Below are positions 9,126-17,200 of a stretch of 64,000 nucleotides of DNA, piece after piece. Under the pieces are notes generated by a model that did no database searches, had not been told where the DNA came from, and worked only from the letters and a program-made list of their open reading frames with translations. Where the stretch lies: positions 1-64,000 of the IMG/VR virus record IMGVR_UViG_3300009092_000002; one strand, given 5' to 3'. Origin of the DNA: a virus. Taxonomy: Duplodnaviria; Caudoviricetes. The translations under genes and the position numbers were made by a program. Position 1 is the stretch's first letter. Each line of letters starts with the position of its first letter.

Positions 9126-9413
9126 TTCGTGGATTCGGCGATTCTCTTCGCGGATCAAGAAGTGAGCCCTGCGGCCCTCTTCGGCATCGGCCTCTAGCGC
9201 CCCGATTCTTTCCAGATAATCGTCGCTGGAAGTTTGCAGCCTGGTCAGCTTATCGACAAGCTTCTGGCGCTTGCCGTTCGTGAGCGCATCGGGCGTAGCT
9301 TCTTGAGATCCGCTCTGCCATTTTTTAAAGCCCCTTACGGCAGCTGCGACGCAGGCGCCGAATACTCCAAGGTATCCGGCGACGGCAACGGGGTCGATGG
9401 GGAATTGTGGCAT
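9054..9413 (-). CDS. Single-TM coiled-coil membrane protein (holin/spanin-like candidate)
   Basis: N-terminal TM VAVAGYLGVFGACVAAAV then coiled-coil; start moved to ATG 9413. Confidence 0.5.
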   Translation of the reverse strand: MPQFPIDPVAVAGYLGVFGACVAAAVRGFKKWQSGSQEATPDALTNGKRQKLVDKLTRLQTSSDDYLERIGALEADAEEGRRAHFLIREENRRIHESHDRRISKIEKRLKLRFLGDDKL

Positions 9414-9435
9414 CTGGTCAACCCGTGTCGGCTCC

Positions 9436-9591
9436 TTAGCCCGGCCCGCCCGGATCGCCAGGAGGCGGATCGTCAGGGTTATCCTGCGTCTGTGGAGGCG
9501 GGTCATCGCAGGGCGGCTTCGGAGGTGTCGGCTTGTCGTGCTTCGGTGGCTTTTTGTGATGCGGCTTTTCTTGCTCTTCCTTTTTCGTCAT
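9436..9591 (-). CDS. Pro/charged low-complexity peptide (51 aa)
   Basis: Manual translation MTKKEEQEKPHHKKPPKHDKPTPPKPPCDDPPPQTQDNPDDPPPGDPGGPG*. Confidence 0.5.
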   Translation of the reverse strand: MTKKEEQEKPHHKKPPKHDKPTPPKPPCDDPPPQTQDNPDDPPPGDPGGPG

Positions 9592-9716
9592 GGAGTGGCG
9601 CTCCTTTGTGAGATATTATACAGCGAATCCGGGGAAATATTGTGTTAATATGCTTCTGGGCCGAATGCCGGTGGGACTACATGGCGATGTCTCATCAATT
9701 TCTTGTCGGCCCATTC

Positions 9717-9875
9717 TCACCGATTAAACAACCCCAGCAACCAGCAAACTAGCAGAATAATCAAAACAGCGCCGAGCCCAGAAGGGAACCCATAGCTGGG
9801 TCCCCAGTTGCTGTGTCCGTAGTAGCCGAGCCCGCCGCCGAACAGCAGAATCAGGATGATGATGAGTAGAAGCAT
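9717..9875 (-). CDS. Small 2-TM protein, DUF3309-like (52 aa)
   Basis: Manual translation MLLLIIILILLFGGGLGYYGHSNWGPSYGFPSGLGAVLIILLVCWLLGLFNR; AGGA RBS. Confidence 0.75.
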   Translation of the reverse strand: MLLLIIILILLFGGGLGYYGHSNWGPSYGFPSGLGAVLIILLVCWLLGLFNR

Positions 9876-10076
9876 AGTTTCCTCACTGGAGCAACTTAAC
9901 GAGCGGTTCCGAGCCGCGCAACAGGAACGCGAGACAGCCGCAGAAGATGAAGATGTGACCGACTTCCTTGGTCTCTGGAGTCTTCGCGATGTAGTACATC
10001 AGCAGCCCAACGATGAACACGAATACCGGAAAATAGACAATCATTTTTTTTGCTCCTTCGCGGACCTGTGCCCGTC

Positions 10077-10544
10077 CTACTGTTTCACCGCGGCATCAGC
10101 CGCCTGCGTCTGCTTAAACCGATCCACCAACTGCGCTTCAAGTTCGGCTATAAGTTTAGTAACGTCCTCAATTTGCTGAGACTCCTCGGGGGTGAACTTG
10201 ATCAACACGGCCAACAGGGATTTATGGGAGGTAAGACCCCTTTGCATCTCGGCGGTCATATTGCTGTTGACGAGCGTATGAATCTGCACCAACTGGTCTC
10301 CGTGGGCGCGCGCCACCTCCGCAGCCTGCACATTTGATTCGGCCAGCAGTCTCGCAACTTCATCCGTTTTGGCTTCGGCTTTCTCTGCCGCTGCCAATGC
10401 CCTTTCGGCAACCTCGTCCTGACGTTTGTCCCGTCGCTCCTCTGCCTCCCTTAGGTGCCGGTTGTTCAACCACGACAGCATCAGCGGAGACAGCACGCCT
10501 GCAGCGGTAGCGCTCAACGCGATTGCAAGCGTGTTGTCCATCAT
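10077..10544 (-). CDS. N-terminal TM plus coiled-coil protein (holin/spanin-like candidate)
   Basis: LAIALSATAAGVLSPLMLSWL followed by EAEERRDKRQDEVAERA coiled-coil. Confidence 0.6.
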   Translation of the reverse strand: MMDNTLAIALSATAAGVLSPLMLSWLNNRHLREAEERRDKRQDEVAERALAAAEKAEAKTDEVARLLAESNVQAAEVARAHGDQLVQIHTLVNSNMTAEMQRGLTSHKSLLAVLIKFTPEESQQIEDVTKLIAELEAQLVDRFKQTQAADAAVKQ

Positions 10545-10711
10545 GACTGCGTATCGGAACGGGGACGAGGACGATACTCATTCATCCGCTTCACGATCTC
10601 CGCGCTGTCGTGCTCGTGCTTTCGCATATCCCGGCGCGCTTCGCGGACCAGCCATGCGAAACAGAGAACGGCTGCGATGGCGGCTAGGATGTAGGGGAGC
10701 CAGGAATTCAT
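10541..10711 (-). CDS. Small single-TM protein
   Basis: MNSWLPYILAAIAAVLCFAWLVR; ATGA-coupled at both ends. Confidence 0.55.
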   Translation of the reverse strand: MNSWLPYILAAIAAVLCFAWLVREARRDMRKHEHDSAEIVKRMNEYRPRPRSDTQS

Positions 10712-10866
10712 GCAGTCGGCAACCCCAACTGCCGCGCTAGCCACGCAAGTTCATTCTTTAGCTCGTCAGCGCAATGAAATCTTCCGTCGTACAAATGTTT
10801 CTTAATGGCGGCCTGGAGATTTCGCAGGAGGTCTTGCAAGTGCACTTTGGTGGTGCGGTGGATCAT
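10708..10866 (-). CDS. Small hypothetical protein (52 aa)
   Basis: MIHRTTKVHLQDLLRNL...; only the 3' part of the tracked ORF, since the rest overlaps the tRNA. Confidence 0.4.
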   Translation of the reverse strand: MIHRTTKVHLQDLLRNLQAAIKKHLYDGRFHCADELKNELAWLARQLGLPTA

Positions 10867-10874
10867 GCTATACT
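10866..10874 (+). promoter_or_regulatory. Extended -10 promoter for the tRNA cluster
   Basis: TG-C-TATACT, 10 nt upstream of tRNA start. Confidence 0.6.
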
Positions 10875-10884
10875 GCTTTCGTGA

Positions 10885-10958
10885 AGCGGGCTGGAAAAAC
10901 GGCAATTCGGGAGTCTCATAAGCTCCAGATCTGGGTTCAACTCCCAGGCCCGCAACCA
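10885..10958 (+). tRNA. tRNA with CAU anticodon (Met-type, initiator-like acceptor mismatch)
   Basis: Cloverleaf: AGCGGGC/GCCCGCA, anticodon arm GGAGT-CTCATAA-GCTCC, T arm CTGGG-TTCAACT-CCCAG, encoded CCA. Confidence 0.9.
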
Positions 10959-10980
10959 AGTTCTCGATACAACCCAACGA

Positions 10981-11057
10981 TGGGGGAGCCAGTCGTTAGC
11001 CCGATGGTCTCGGTTAGCCGAGCGGGTTGCAATGGACGAGGGACGCTCCCCACCCCA
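10981..11057 (+). ncRNA. Putative structured 77-nt RNA between two tRNAs
   Basis: GGGGAGC/GCTCCCC terminal stem, AGCCCG/CGGGTT, CTCGG-TTAG-CCGAG hairpin, ends in CCA. Confidence 0.5.
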
Positions 11058-11071
11058 CGCCCGTGATCCTT

Positions 11072-11145
11072 CGGGATATGGGGTAGTGGTCGCCTCCGAG
11101 TCTTGGGAACTCGTGGCCTCGGTTCGATTCCGAGTATCCCGACCA
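11072..11145 (+). tRNA. tRNA-Pro(UGG)
   Basis: CGGGATA/TATCCCG acceptor, CGAGT-CTTGGGA-ACTCG anticodon arm, CTCGG-TTCGATT-CCGAG T arm, CCA. Confidence 0.92.
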
Positions 11146-11149
11146 AATT

Positions 11150-11857
11150 TCACCGCTTCAGCCCCTGAATAACCGCAGCCGCCCCGTCCACCGGATCTCC
11201 GTGACCAGGACATAGAATCTTCACCCCCGGCAGGTCCGCCAGCTTGTTGATCGAGCGCTGATTGTAGCCCTGATCCAAAGTGAATCCATCCCAAGGGCAC
11301 GGCTTCTTCTCCGGGCCATCTCCGGGCCACGTATTGATGATGTCTCCGCCGAACAGAACTTCCCCAAACAGAAATGCCATATGGCCCTTGGTGTGGCCCG
11401 GTGCGTGAACTACTGTCAGCGGCCCGATGGTGTCGCCATCCTTCAGCGTGCCGTCTACATCACAAGCCACGTGGCCGCCGCGACCGAGAGCTAAGCCGGT
11501 TTGCAGCTTCCAGACCGTGAAATTGTGCGGCCGCTGGCTCCACTTTGGGAATCCGACCCGCTCGGCTTTGCGCTTGCCCCTGATGATGTCGGCCTCCCAA
11601 TCGTGGGCTAGTAGCCGGGCTCCAGTGAGACTGCGAAGATGCGCTGCGCCTGCGATATGGCTGCGGTGCGCGTGCGTCTGTAGAATGATCTTGATCGCGC
11701 CAGGGCCGATTCCTTTGGCCGCAAGTTGGGCGAGCAGGGTCTTGCCGTCGTCCTCGGACAGCGTATCGATGAGGATGCCGTCAGAGGCCAGGAAATAGGC
11801 TCTGACGTGACCGCCAGCGTCGTCGCCGAGCATGTGAATTCCGGGAGGTAGTGGCAT
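11150..11857 (-). CDS. MBL-fold metallo-hydrolase
   Basis: THAHRSH (HxHxDH variant), HAPGHT, GD, CPGHG motifs; start moved to ATG 11857. Confidence 0.85.
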   Translation of the reverse strand: MPLPPGIHMLGDDAGGHVRAYFLASDGILIDTLSEDDGKTLLAQLAAKGIGPGAIKIILQTHAHRSHIAGAAHLRSLTGARLLAHDWEADIIRGKRKAERVGFPKWSQRPHNFTVWKLQTGLALGRGGHVACDVDGTLKDGDTIGPLTVVHAPGHTKGHMAFLFGEVLFGGDIINTWPGDGPEKKPCPWDGFTLDQGYNQRSINKLADLPGVKILCPGHGDPVDGAAAVIQGLKR

Positions 11858-11874
11858 TGTGTTAGAGTGGGGGC

Positions 11875-11989
11875 GTGCTGGCGTCAGCATCGGTGGCGGA
11901 CGTGCAGTTGAGATAGCATCAAGGCGGAAAAATGGTGGTTACGCGGTAATCCAGAAAAGCGTAGAGGGTTCGAATCCCCACGCCAGCAC
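11875..11989 (+). ncRNA. Non-canonical tRNA-like RNA with very long variable arm
   Basis: 10-bp terminal stem GTGCTGGCGT/ACGCCAGCAC, D-like arm, TTGA-GATAGCA-TCAA arm, GGG-TTCGAAT-CCC T arm; extended -10 TGTTAGAGT at 11860-11868. Confidence 0.65.
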
Positions 11990-12016
11990 TTCACTTCACC
12001 CCTCGCGGCTTCGGAG

Positions 12017-12391
12017 TCACAACCTAACCCCCAGCGCCGGTGAGATCGACACCAGGAGCCTCAGAATCAGTTCCGCGTTATCCGCAGACGGCCCATTTTC
12101 CCCAGGAGGAGCGGCGATGACGGTATCCTTGCCATTCAATTCTCCAGCCTTGTTCAGCTTGTCTACGATCTGCTGCAACCACGCCTGAATCGTCGCGTCA
12201 TCCGGTATCTGCTTGTCCGACGCCGCGCCGGCTTTCACGATTCCCCCGAAGAGATTCTTAAACCAGGAGACTCCGGTGGCGAGTTTGATCGGGCCGGTTT
12301 TATTGCCTAAGACTTTATCCAGGAGCTTCACTATCAGGGGAGCGATAACGGGCTCAAGTGCGACGAGGATGGGGACAATGGCGGTTGCCAT
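12017..12391 (-). CDS. Membrane-associated protein (holin-like candidate)
   Basis: Hydrophobic/amphipathic N-terminus MATAIVPILVALEPVIAPLIVKLL. Confidence 0.5.
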   Translation of the reverse strand: MATAIVPILVALEPVIAPLIVKLLDKVLGNKTGPIKLATGVSWFKNLFGGIVKAGAASDKQIPDDATIQAWLQQIVDKLNKAGELNGKDTVIAAPPGENGPSADNAELILRLLVSISPALGVRL

Positions 12392-12484
12392 CTACCTTTT
12401 CCCCTCGCACTTCGCGCACAGCTTGAGCATTCTGAGCCACTCCCTGATCGATAGCTGACAGCCGCAGGATTGGCAGCAGCTCAT
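12392..12484 (-). CDS. Cys-rich mini-protein (30 aa)
   Basis: MSCCQSCGCQLSIREWLRMLKLCAKCEGKR*; coupled to both neighbours. Confidence 0.5.
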   Translation of the reverse strand: MSCCQSCGCQLSIREWLRMLKLCAKCEGKR

Positions 12485-12819
12485 GCGCCAGCCTTGGCAA
12501 CCTTGGGACGATCACCGGGCATCCACATGCCTGCATCCCGAAACTTGCGAAATTGCGTACAGGGTGGACAGTCGAGATTTGAGCCGGAGATGAACATGTC
12601 GCACATGCGCTGCGATTCAACGTGTTCCATGCAAGCCTCGAACTGTTCTCGCAGAAGCACGGTGACGAGTTCTACATCGCAGTGGGTCAGCGTGTGCCTA
12701 CCTTCGCCTGCATCCTTTGACGACAAGTTCAACGACTGCAATTGGCGCGAGAAATGGAACCATCGCAGCAGAGTACGCGATTGCCACCAGCGTCCCACAA
12801 GTCCAACCGGCGATGGCAA
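12481..12819 (-). CDS. Hypothetical protein
   Basis: Coupled ORF in late operon; contains CPPC. Confidence 0.55.
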   Translation of the reverse strand: MPSPVGLVGRWWQSRTLLRWFHFSRQLQSLNLSSKDAGEGRHTLTHCDVELVTVLLREQFEACMEHVESQRMCDMFISGSNLDCPPCTQFRKFRDAGMWMPGDRPKVAKAGA

Positions 12820-12822
12820 AGA

Positions 12823-13266
12823 TCATTCCGCCGCCAGTGGCGTCCAGACCTTGGTCCTGTGGCCACCGAACCCGGTAATCGCGATCAGGACGCACCGTAC
12901 GCCGTCCGGGCTGGTCGCTATCGTGCCCAGTTGGACATTGCTTCCCTCGGACTGGTATTCGCCGTACTGATTGCGACTACCAAATTTGATCGTGCCAGGA
13001 GGGGGAGTCAACGCCGCATTGTCATCCTTTGGCTTCGGGTCTGGCGGGGCAGTGAATCCGGCCGGTGGAATCGGTCTCGGGAGTGGCGTCAAGCGGGTGT
13101 CCCTAATCGTGTTGTTGTCCCACCAGTTCGAGAGGTCGCGTAAGTAGTTCGCAATGAGAGCCGCACGCTGCGCTGCTGCCTTAAGCTTTAAATCGTTTGC
13201 AATCATCGCGTCGATTGTTTCGCTGCGGAAATCAATGCTTGCAAGAATTTCTGAAAGGTCTGCCAT
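12823..13266 (-). CDS. Hypothetical protein
   Basis: AGGAG RBS; coupled ORF. Confidence 0.65.
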   Translation of the reverse strand: MADLSEILASIDFRSETIDAMIANDLKLKAAAQRAALIANYLRDLSNWWDNNTIRDTRLTPLPRPIPPAGFTAPPDPKPKDDNAALTPPPGTIKFGSRNQYGEYQSEGSNVQLGTIATSPDGVRCVLIAITGFGGHRTKVWTPLAAE

Positions 13267-13298
13267 ATTCTCCTTTTTCTGATAAACTGTTTTGCTGT

Positions 13299-13577
13299 AT
13301 GCAAGCCACCGACATTCGTGAATATCTGCACAAGGCCGTCATCCTCGAAATCACCGATAGCGGCATCATCGCCATTCGGCGAAGAGGCAAGCCTTCAGAA
13401 TGGCTCGCCGCTCCGTTCTACAGCGTCGAGACTGAAGCCGAAGCCGCCGCGCTTCTCGCGGAGCTCGCCAGGAAGAGAGACGGGGAGTACGAATATCCCG
13501 GCTTCAGTAGCGGCACCGCCCCCGTTTCGTTTGTGACTGAGCAATTCCATCGCGAGTGGCTTGCTCAAAATACGTAG
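13299..13577 (+). CDS. Antisense moron, hypothetical protein
   Basis: Extended -10 TGATAAACT (13280-13288) then ATG 13299. Confidence 0.55.
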   Translation: MQATDIREYLHKAVILEITDSGIIAIRRRGKPSEWLAAPFYSVETEAEAAALLAELARKRDGEYEYPGFSSGTAPVSFVTEQFHREWLAQNT

Positions 13578-16500
13578 CGGTAAGGGTCGCCATTTGCAAT
13601 CACTGCGTTGCTTGAATTCAGGTACGCAATCTGAATCCATGCCCCTGCCATCCGCACGTCGGGAGAGACGGAGCATTGCGAGACGCCTGAACTTGAAGTG
13701 GTGATCGTAGCTGCTCCGTTTGGTAAGGTTACGGTGCAACGCATTTTGTCGCCCCCTGTTGGAAAGGCTCCGTCGATCAAAAGCGCTTGCGTAACAGGAG
13801 CCACAACCCCACCCAGGATATCCGCCATCGCGACAGAGGCATTCCCGGCTCCGTCCGACATACCGAGTTGCTTTCCGTAATCGCCATTGAAGTTCCCACC
13901 TCCGCACGGAACTGTGCCGCAGGAAGGCAGAACTTGCGCCAGATTCCCATGCCCGCCATCCGCTCCCTGCCATCCCGGATCGGTGGCGTTGTAGAACATT
14001 CCCGTGCTGGTAGAGCCGGTACCGGCGTATGGAGCGGATAGGGTCAGGCTCGTGTTGCTGGCGCAGGAAGCAACCAGGACGCGCTTCCAGGTTGGATTCA
14101 GTGATGGATTGCCGGATCGTGAGTAGCTGTCGAAGGTGGCGCTGGTAACGCCATCGGCAACGGTAAGGTAGGTTGTGCCTGGGCAGGTTGAACCGTTTCC
14201 AAATTGTGACAGGAAGGCGGTCCCGACGCCGCTTACCGCCGTACTGCTGGCGGTAACCGTGATCACGCCAGGAGCGTAGACGCTCGTTCCGGTTGGGGGA
14301 GTAGCAGGGGAGCCCGCGCCAGTCGAGCCGCCTCCAAGCTGCTTGTTCAGGTAGTACTTTGTGATGTCGCACCATGTACTGTTCCCGGTCATACGGCAAA
14401 GCCAGCCCGCCGATCCCGCCGCGTCCGCGCTCAGGTTGCGACCGCCGAAGAAGTCCTCGTTGCAGGTTGTGGAAAGGGACAGTGGACAAGTGGAAGGCGC
14501 ATCCCGGTTGATGCCGAATGTGCCGATGCCGCTCCTCGTCGTCCCCGTATAATTACGGTCGAGCGTTAAATTCGTATCATTTGTAACTGTTGTCCGGTAG
14601 CAGCCTCGATTATCGCTGGTGATGTCCCAGATGCAGATGTGCGGGTAGGTGGATGGGAATTGCGTGGTGAAGTGAGTATTCGTTCCTACGACTGCCGTGG
14701 AGCCGCTTGTCACCGCAATTGTGCTGGGGTTGGAGAAACTGGCGCTATTGGTGAGCGTTGATCCGCTGTATCCGGTGCTCAGCGTCATATGGGTGTTGTC
14801 GGTAACCGTTGTCGTTGTGACCGTGACTCCACCGATAAGCGCAGAGCCTCCGTTCCAGAATTGCTTCGTGAAAATTGTGTTGACTCCGGTGACCGCTGTT
14901 GCTCCGTTCGCGACAGATAACGTCTGTCCTGCAAAATGACATCCCGGAGCACCTATCGCTGCGCAGGCTCCCGCCTGGTCACTGTTGTAGTCAAAGTAGG
15001 TCGGGTCCTCTCCGTTCGTGTCATTCGCGTACAGGACCGCCGCCAGAACTCCGCCGTCCGCTCCCCTCCCGAAGTCATAAATAAAGCGCGCCAAGCGGGG
15101 AATCACCCCAGTACCCAAGCCTCCCGCCGTGTACAATTGTGCGGCGAGCGCTGTGTTATTACAGCCTGAAGCGTTCGCTAAGGCGTCGTATGCAGCGATG
15201 AGAGCGATGGCCGGGAGGCCGTTAGATCGCCAAGGGGAGGTCCCGTAAACTCCATTGATGGGTACGCTGGGGATTGTGATGTTATTGGTAAAAAGGCTCT
15301 CTGGATACATCCCGTAGTCAGTGGACGAGTATCCGGCCGGCGTGGCGATCCCATTGACCCAGATGTTGGTGACTTGATTCGCAAGCCGCGTGCACCATGT
15401 TGTCCCGTTCAGGCCGTGCGCCACACCGACCGAAGCGAGTAGCGCAGTGCCGCGCAGGGCATAGGAAGTCTCGCGCGGGTCGAACGATGTGACCGGAGAC
15501 GATGGGCTGAGCCCTCCGTCGAGGTTGGCCATATTGGTCACTACGCGCTCCATGCCAGCCCAATATCCAGTCGGCGCTGAGTAGGTCGGGTCTGATCCGC
15601 AGGCGATCAGCGCATGGGCCGGGGAGTTTCTCCCAAGCCCGAAAGCGTAACCTGAATCGGTAGACCAACGATACACGTTGTCGCAGAATGAATGGAACTG
15701 CGTTCGGTAGACGGTAAGCCCGGTGCTCGCGGCAAGGCGGCCGATTGCTAGTCCAGCTTCGTAGAATGGCAGGATTTTTGAATCCGCCGCACTCGTATTG
15801 TAGGGGTTGTACGTTGAGTTCATGCGACCCCAAGTCAATCCAGCGGGGAAAGCATTGGTTGGATTCGTAATGAAAAAGCTGGGCAGAACGGCGATCGTGT
15901 TGCCAGACTGCAAGCTGTTCACGTATCCGACGAATCTTCCGCGAAACGAGGCATCACCGTCAGCATCCCAGTTGATGCAAATTCTCGTGCCGACGTCGCC
16001 GCCGGAGAACGTGCCGCCGCTTAACTGGATCGCTACACCGCCATACGTGTTCGCCGTAATTTGCCCGCCGACAACTTGATTGATTCCGGTGCTTGGGATC
16101 TCAACGGTCCCGGTTCCTGGAGTGCAGACAGGTGGGGTAGTGGAGACGGTGTACAGCCAATCCGATACGGCCGCAGAAGTGGCCGAGTGCCAGGGCCAGG
16201 ATGACGCACCGTTGCGGATGACATTTCCGATAGTTTTGGATTGCTCGTCGGTGCTGTTGATCACCACTCCGTTTGAGTCTGTCGCGACCACACCCACGGT
16301 CTGATCGACAGAGGCAGTAGTTCCAGTCGCGTCGGAAACGGTGAGACGATAGACGTACTGCCCCCCGAGAGTTGGAGTGATCGTTGAGGTCACGCTCGTG
16401 CGGCTGGAGAATACGCTCTGCGCTGGGCCGGAAATCTGTTGCCAGAAATAGCTGGCAACCTCTCCGGTTCCAGGATATGAAAGCGATGTCGAAGTAGCGC

Positions 16501-17200
16501 CCGAAAATGACTGTCCCGCCATTGCGCGAATTACCATTTTGTAAGCCGTTAATCCCGTGATCGCGGCAGTCGGCGGGTAAAGCGTGCTATCGCTGAACGT
16601 CCCCGTCGCCGCCGTCATCGTGTAGCCGTTGGAGCTTCGGTCAACGAGTGAGTCTGCTTCGAAGATCCAATCGAATACCTGACCAGCCGTGACAGGAGCG
16701 TCCACGGGGCAGGAGTGGCTAGTGTCAAGGGTATTGAATATTCTAAGAAAGCCAAGAGTTACGGTCGGCCCAAAAACCCAACCGCTCGCGCGGATAAAGT
16801 TTCCCCCACTCGTGATCGTCTTGACCGATATTGCATAATTCGCGCACGCCCCTGTCCATGTCTCAAGCGTATACGTCAGCCCGCTCGCATCCCTCTGCCA
16901 GCGATACCGGACATCCTGCCCGTTTGTGAATGTCGCCGATGGAAGGCCTCCAGGCGCTCCGTCTGCGCCTTGACGGCAGGTAAGAATGATGCTCGCGTCA
17001 AAATTGCAGTTGAAGTTTCCAGACAGCGAGTCGTCATTCAGGATATTCTTGGACGCGACGGCAGTAACTCTTCCCTCGACGCGATAGCTTGCAATCGTCG
17101 CGCCGGTGACCGTGGCGGTCGCTCCAGTTCCTCCTACGCTCAGAGAGCGCAGGGATTGGCCGTAGCAACAGGTTGCGGCGAGGATTAGCAGCAATCTCAT
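13565..17200 (-). CDS. Large exported tailspike/adhesin-like multidomain protein
   Basis: Signal MRLLLILAATCCYG-Q; LamG-like N-region; PKD-like SYFWQQISGP...YVYRLTVSD; three xVxxGxTAVxGxxTxF fibre repeats. Confidence 0.7.
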   Translation of the reverse strand: MRLLLILAATCCYGQSLRSLSVGGTGATATVTGATIASYRVEGRVTAVASKNILNDDSLSGNFNCNFDASIILTCRQGADGAPGGLPSATFTNGQDVRYRWQRDASGLTYTLETWTGACANYAISVKTITSGGNFIRASGWVFGPTVTLGFLRIFNTLDTSHSCPVDAPVTAGQVFDWIFEADSLVDRSSNGYTMTAATGTFSDSTLYPPTAAITGLTAYKMVIRAMAGQSFSGATSTSLSYPGTGEVASYFWQQISGPAQSVFSSRTSVTSTITPTLGGQYVYRLTVSDATGTTASVDQTVGVVATDSNGVVINSTDEQSKTIGNVIRNGASSWPWHSATSAAVSDWLYTVSTTPPVCTPGTGTVEIPSTGINQVVGGQITANTYGGVAIQLSGGTFSGGDVGTRICINWDADGDASFRGRFVGYVNSLQSGNTIAVLPSFFITNPTNAFPAGLTWGRMNSTYNPYNTSAADSKILPFYEAGLAIGRLAASTGLTVYRTQFHSFCDNVYRWSTDSGYAFGLGRNSPAHALIACGSDPTYSAPTGYWAGMERVVTNMANLDGGLSPSSPVTSFDPRETSYALRGTALLASVGVAHGLNGTTWCTRLANQVTNIWVNGIATPAGYSSTDYGMYPESLFTNNITIPSVPINGVYGTSPWRSNGLPAIALIAAYDALANASGCNNTALAAQLYTAGGLGTGVIPRLARFIYDFGRGADGGVLAAVLYANDTNGEDPTYFDYNSDQAGACAAIGAPGCHFAGQTLSVANGATAVTGVNTIFTKQFWNGGSALIGGVTVTTTTVTDNTHMTLSTGYSGSTLTNSASFSNPSTIAVTSGSTAVVGTNTHFTTQFPSTYPHICIWDITSDNRGCYRTTVTNDTNLTLDRNYTGTTRSGIGTFGINRDAPSTCPLSLSTTCNEDFFGGRNLSADAAGSAGWLCRMTGNSTWCDITKYYLNKQLGGGSTGAGSPATPPTGTSVYAPGVITVTASSTAVSGVGTAFLSQFGNGSTCPGTTYLTVADGVTSATFDSYSRSGNPSLNPTWKRVLVASCASNTSLTLSAPYAGTGSTSTGMFYNATDPGWQGADGGHGNLAQVLPSCGTVPCGGGNFNGDYGKQLGMSDGAGNASVAMADILGGVVAPVTQALLIDGAFPTGGDKMRCTVTLPNGAATITTSSSGVSQCSVSPDVRMAGAWIQIAYLNSSNAVIANGDPYRYVF

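Noticed and set aside
10981-11057. SRP (4.5S) RNA
   Set aside because: Lacks the conserved GNRA-capped helix 8 and its internal-loop motifs
11150-11857. Antibiotic-resistance metallo-beta-lactamase
   Set aside because: No signal peptide and the motif Asp is replaced by Ser; only the generic MBL fold is supported
11875-11989. tRNA-Sec or tmRNA
   Set aside because: No UCA anticodon or Sec-type D arm; far too short for tmRNA and no tag ORF
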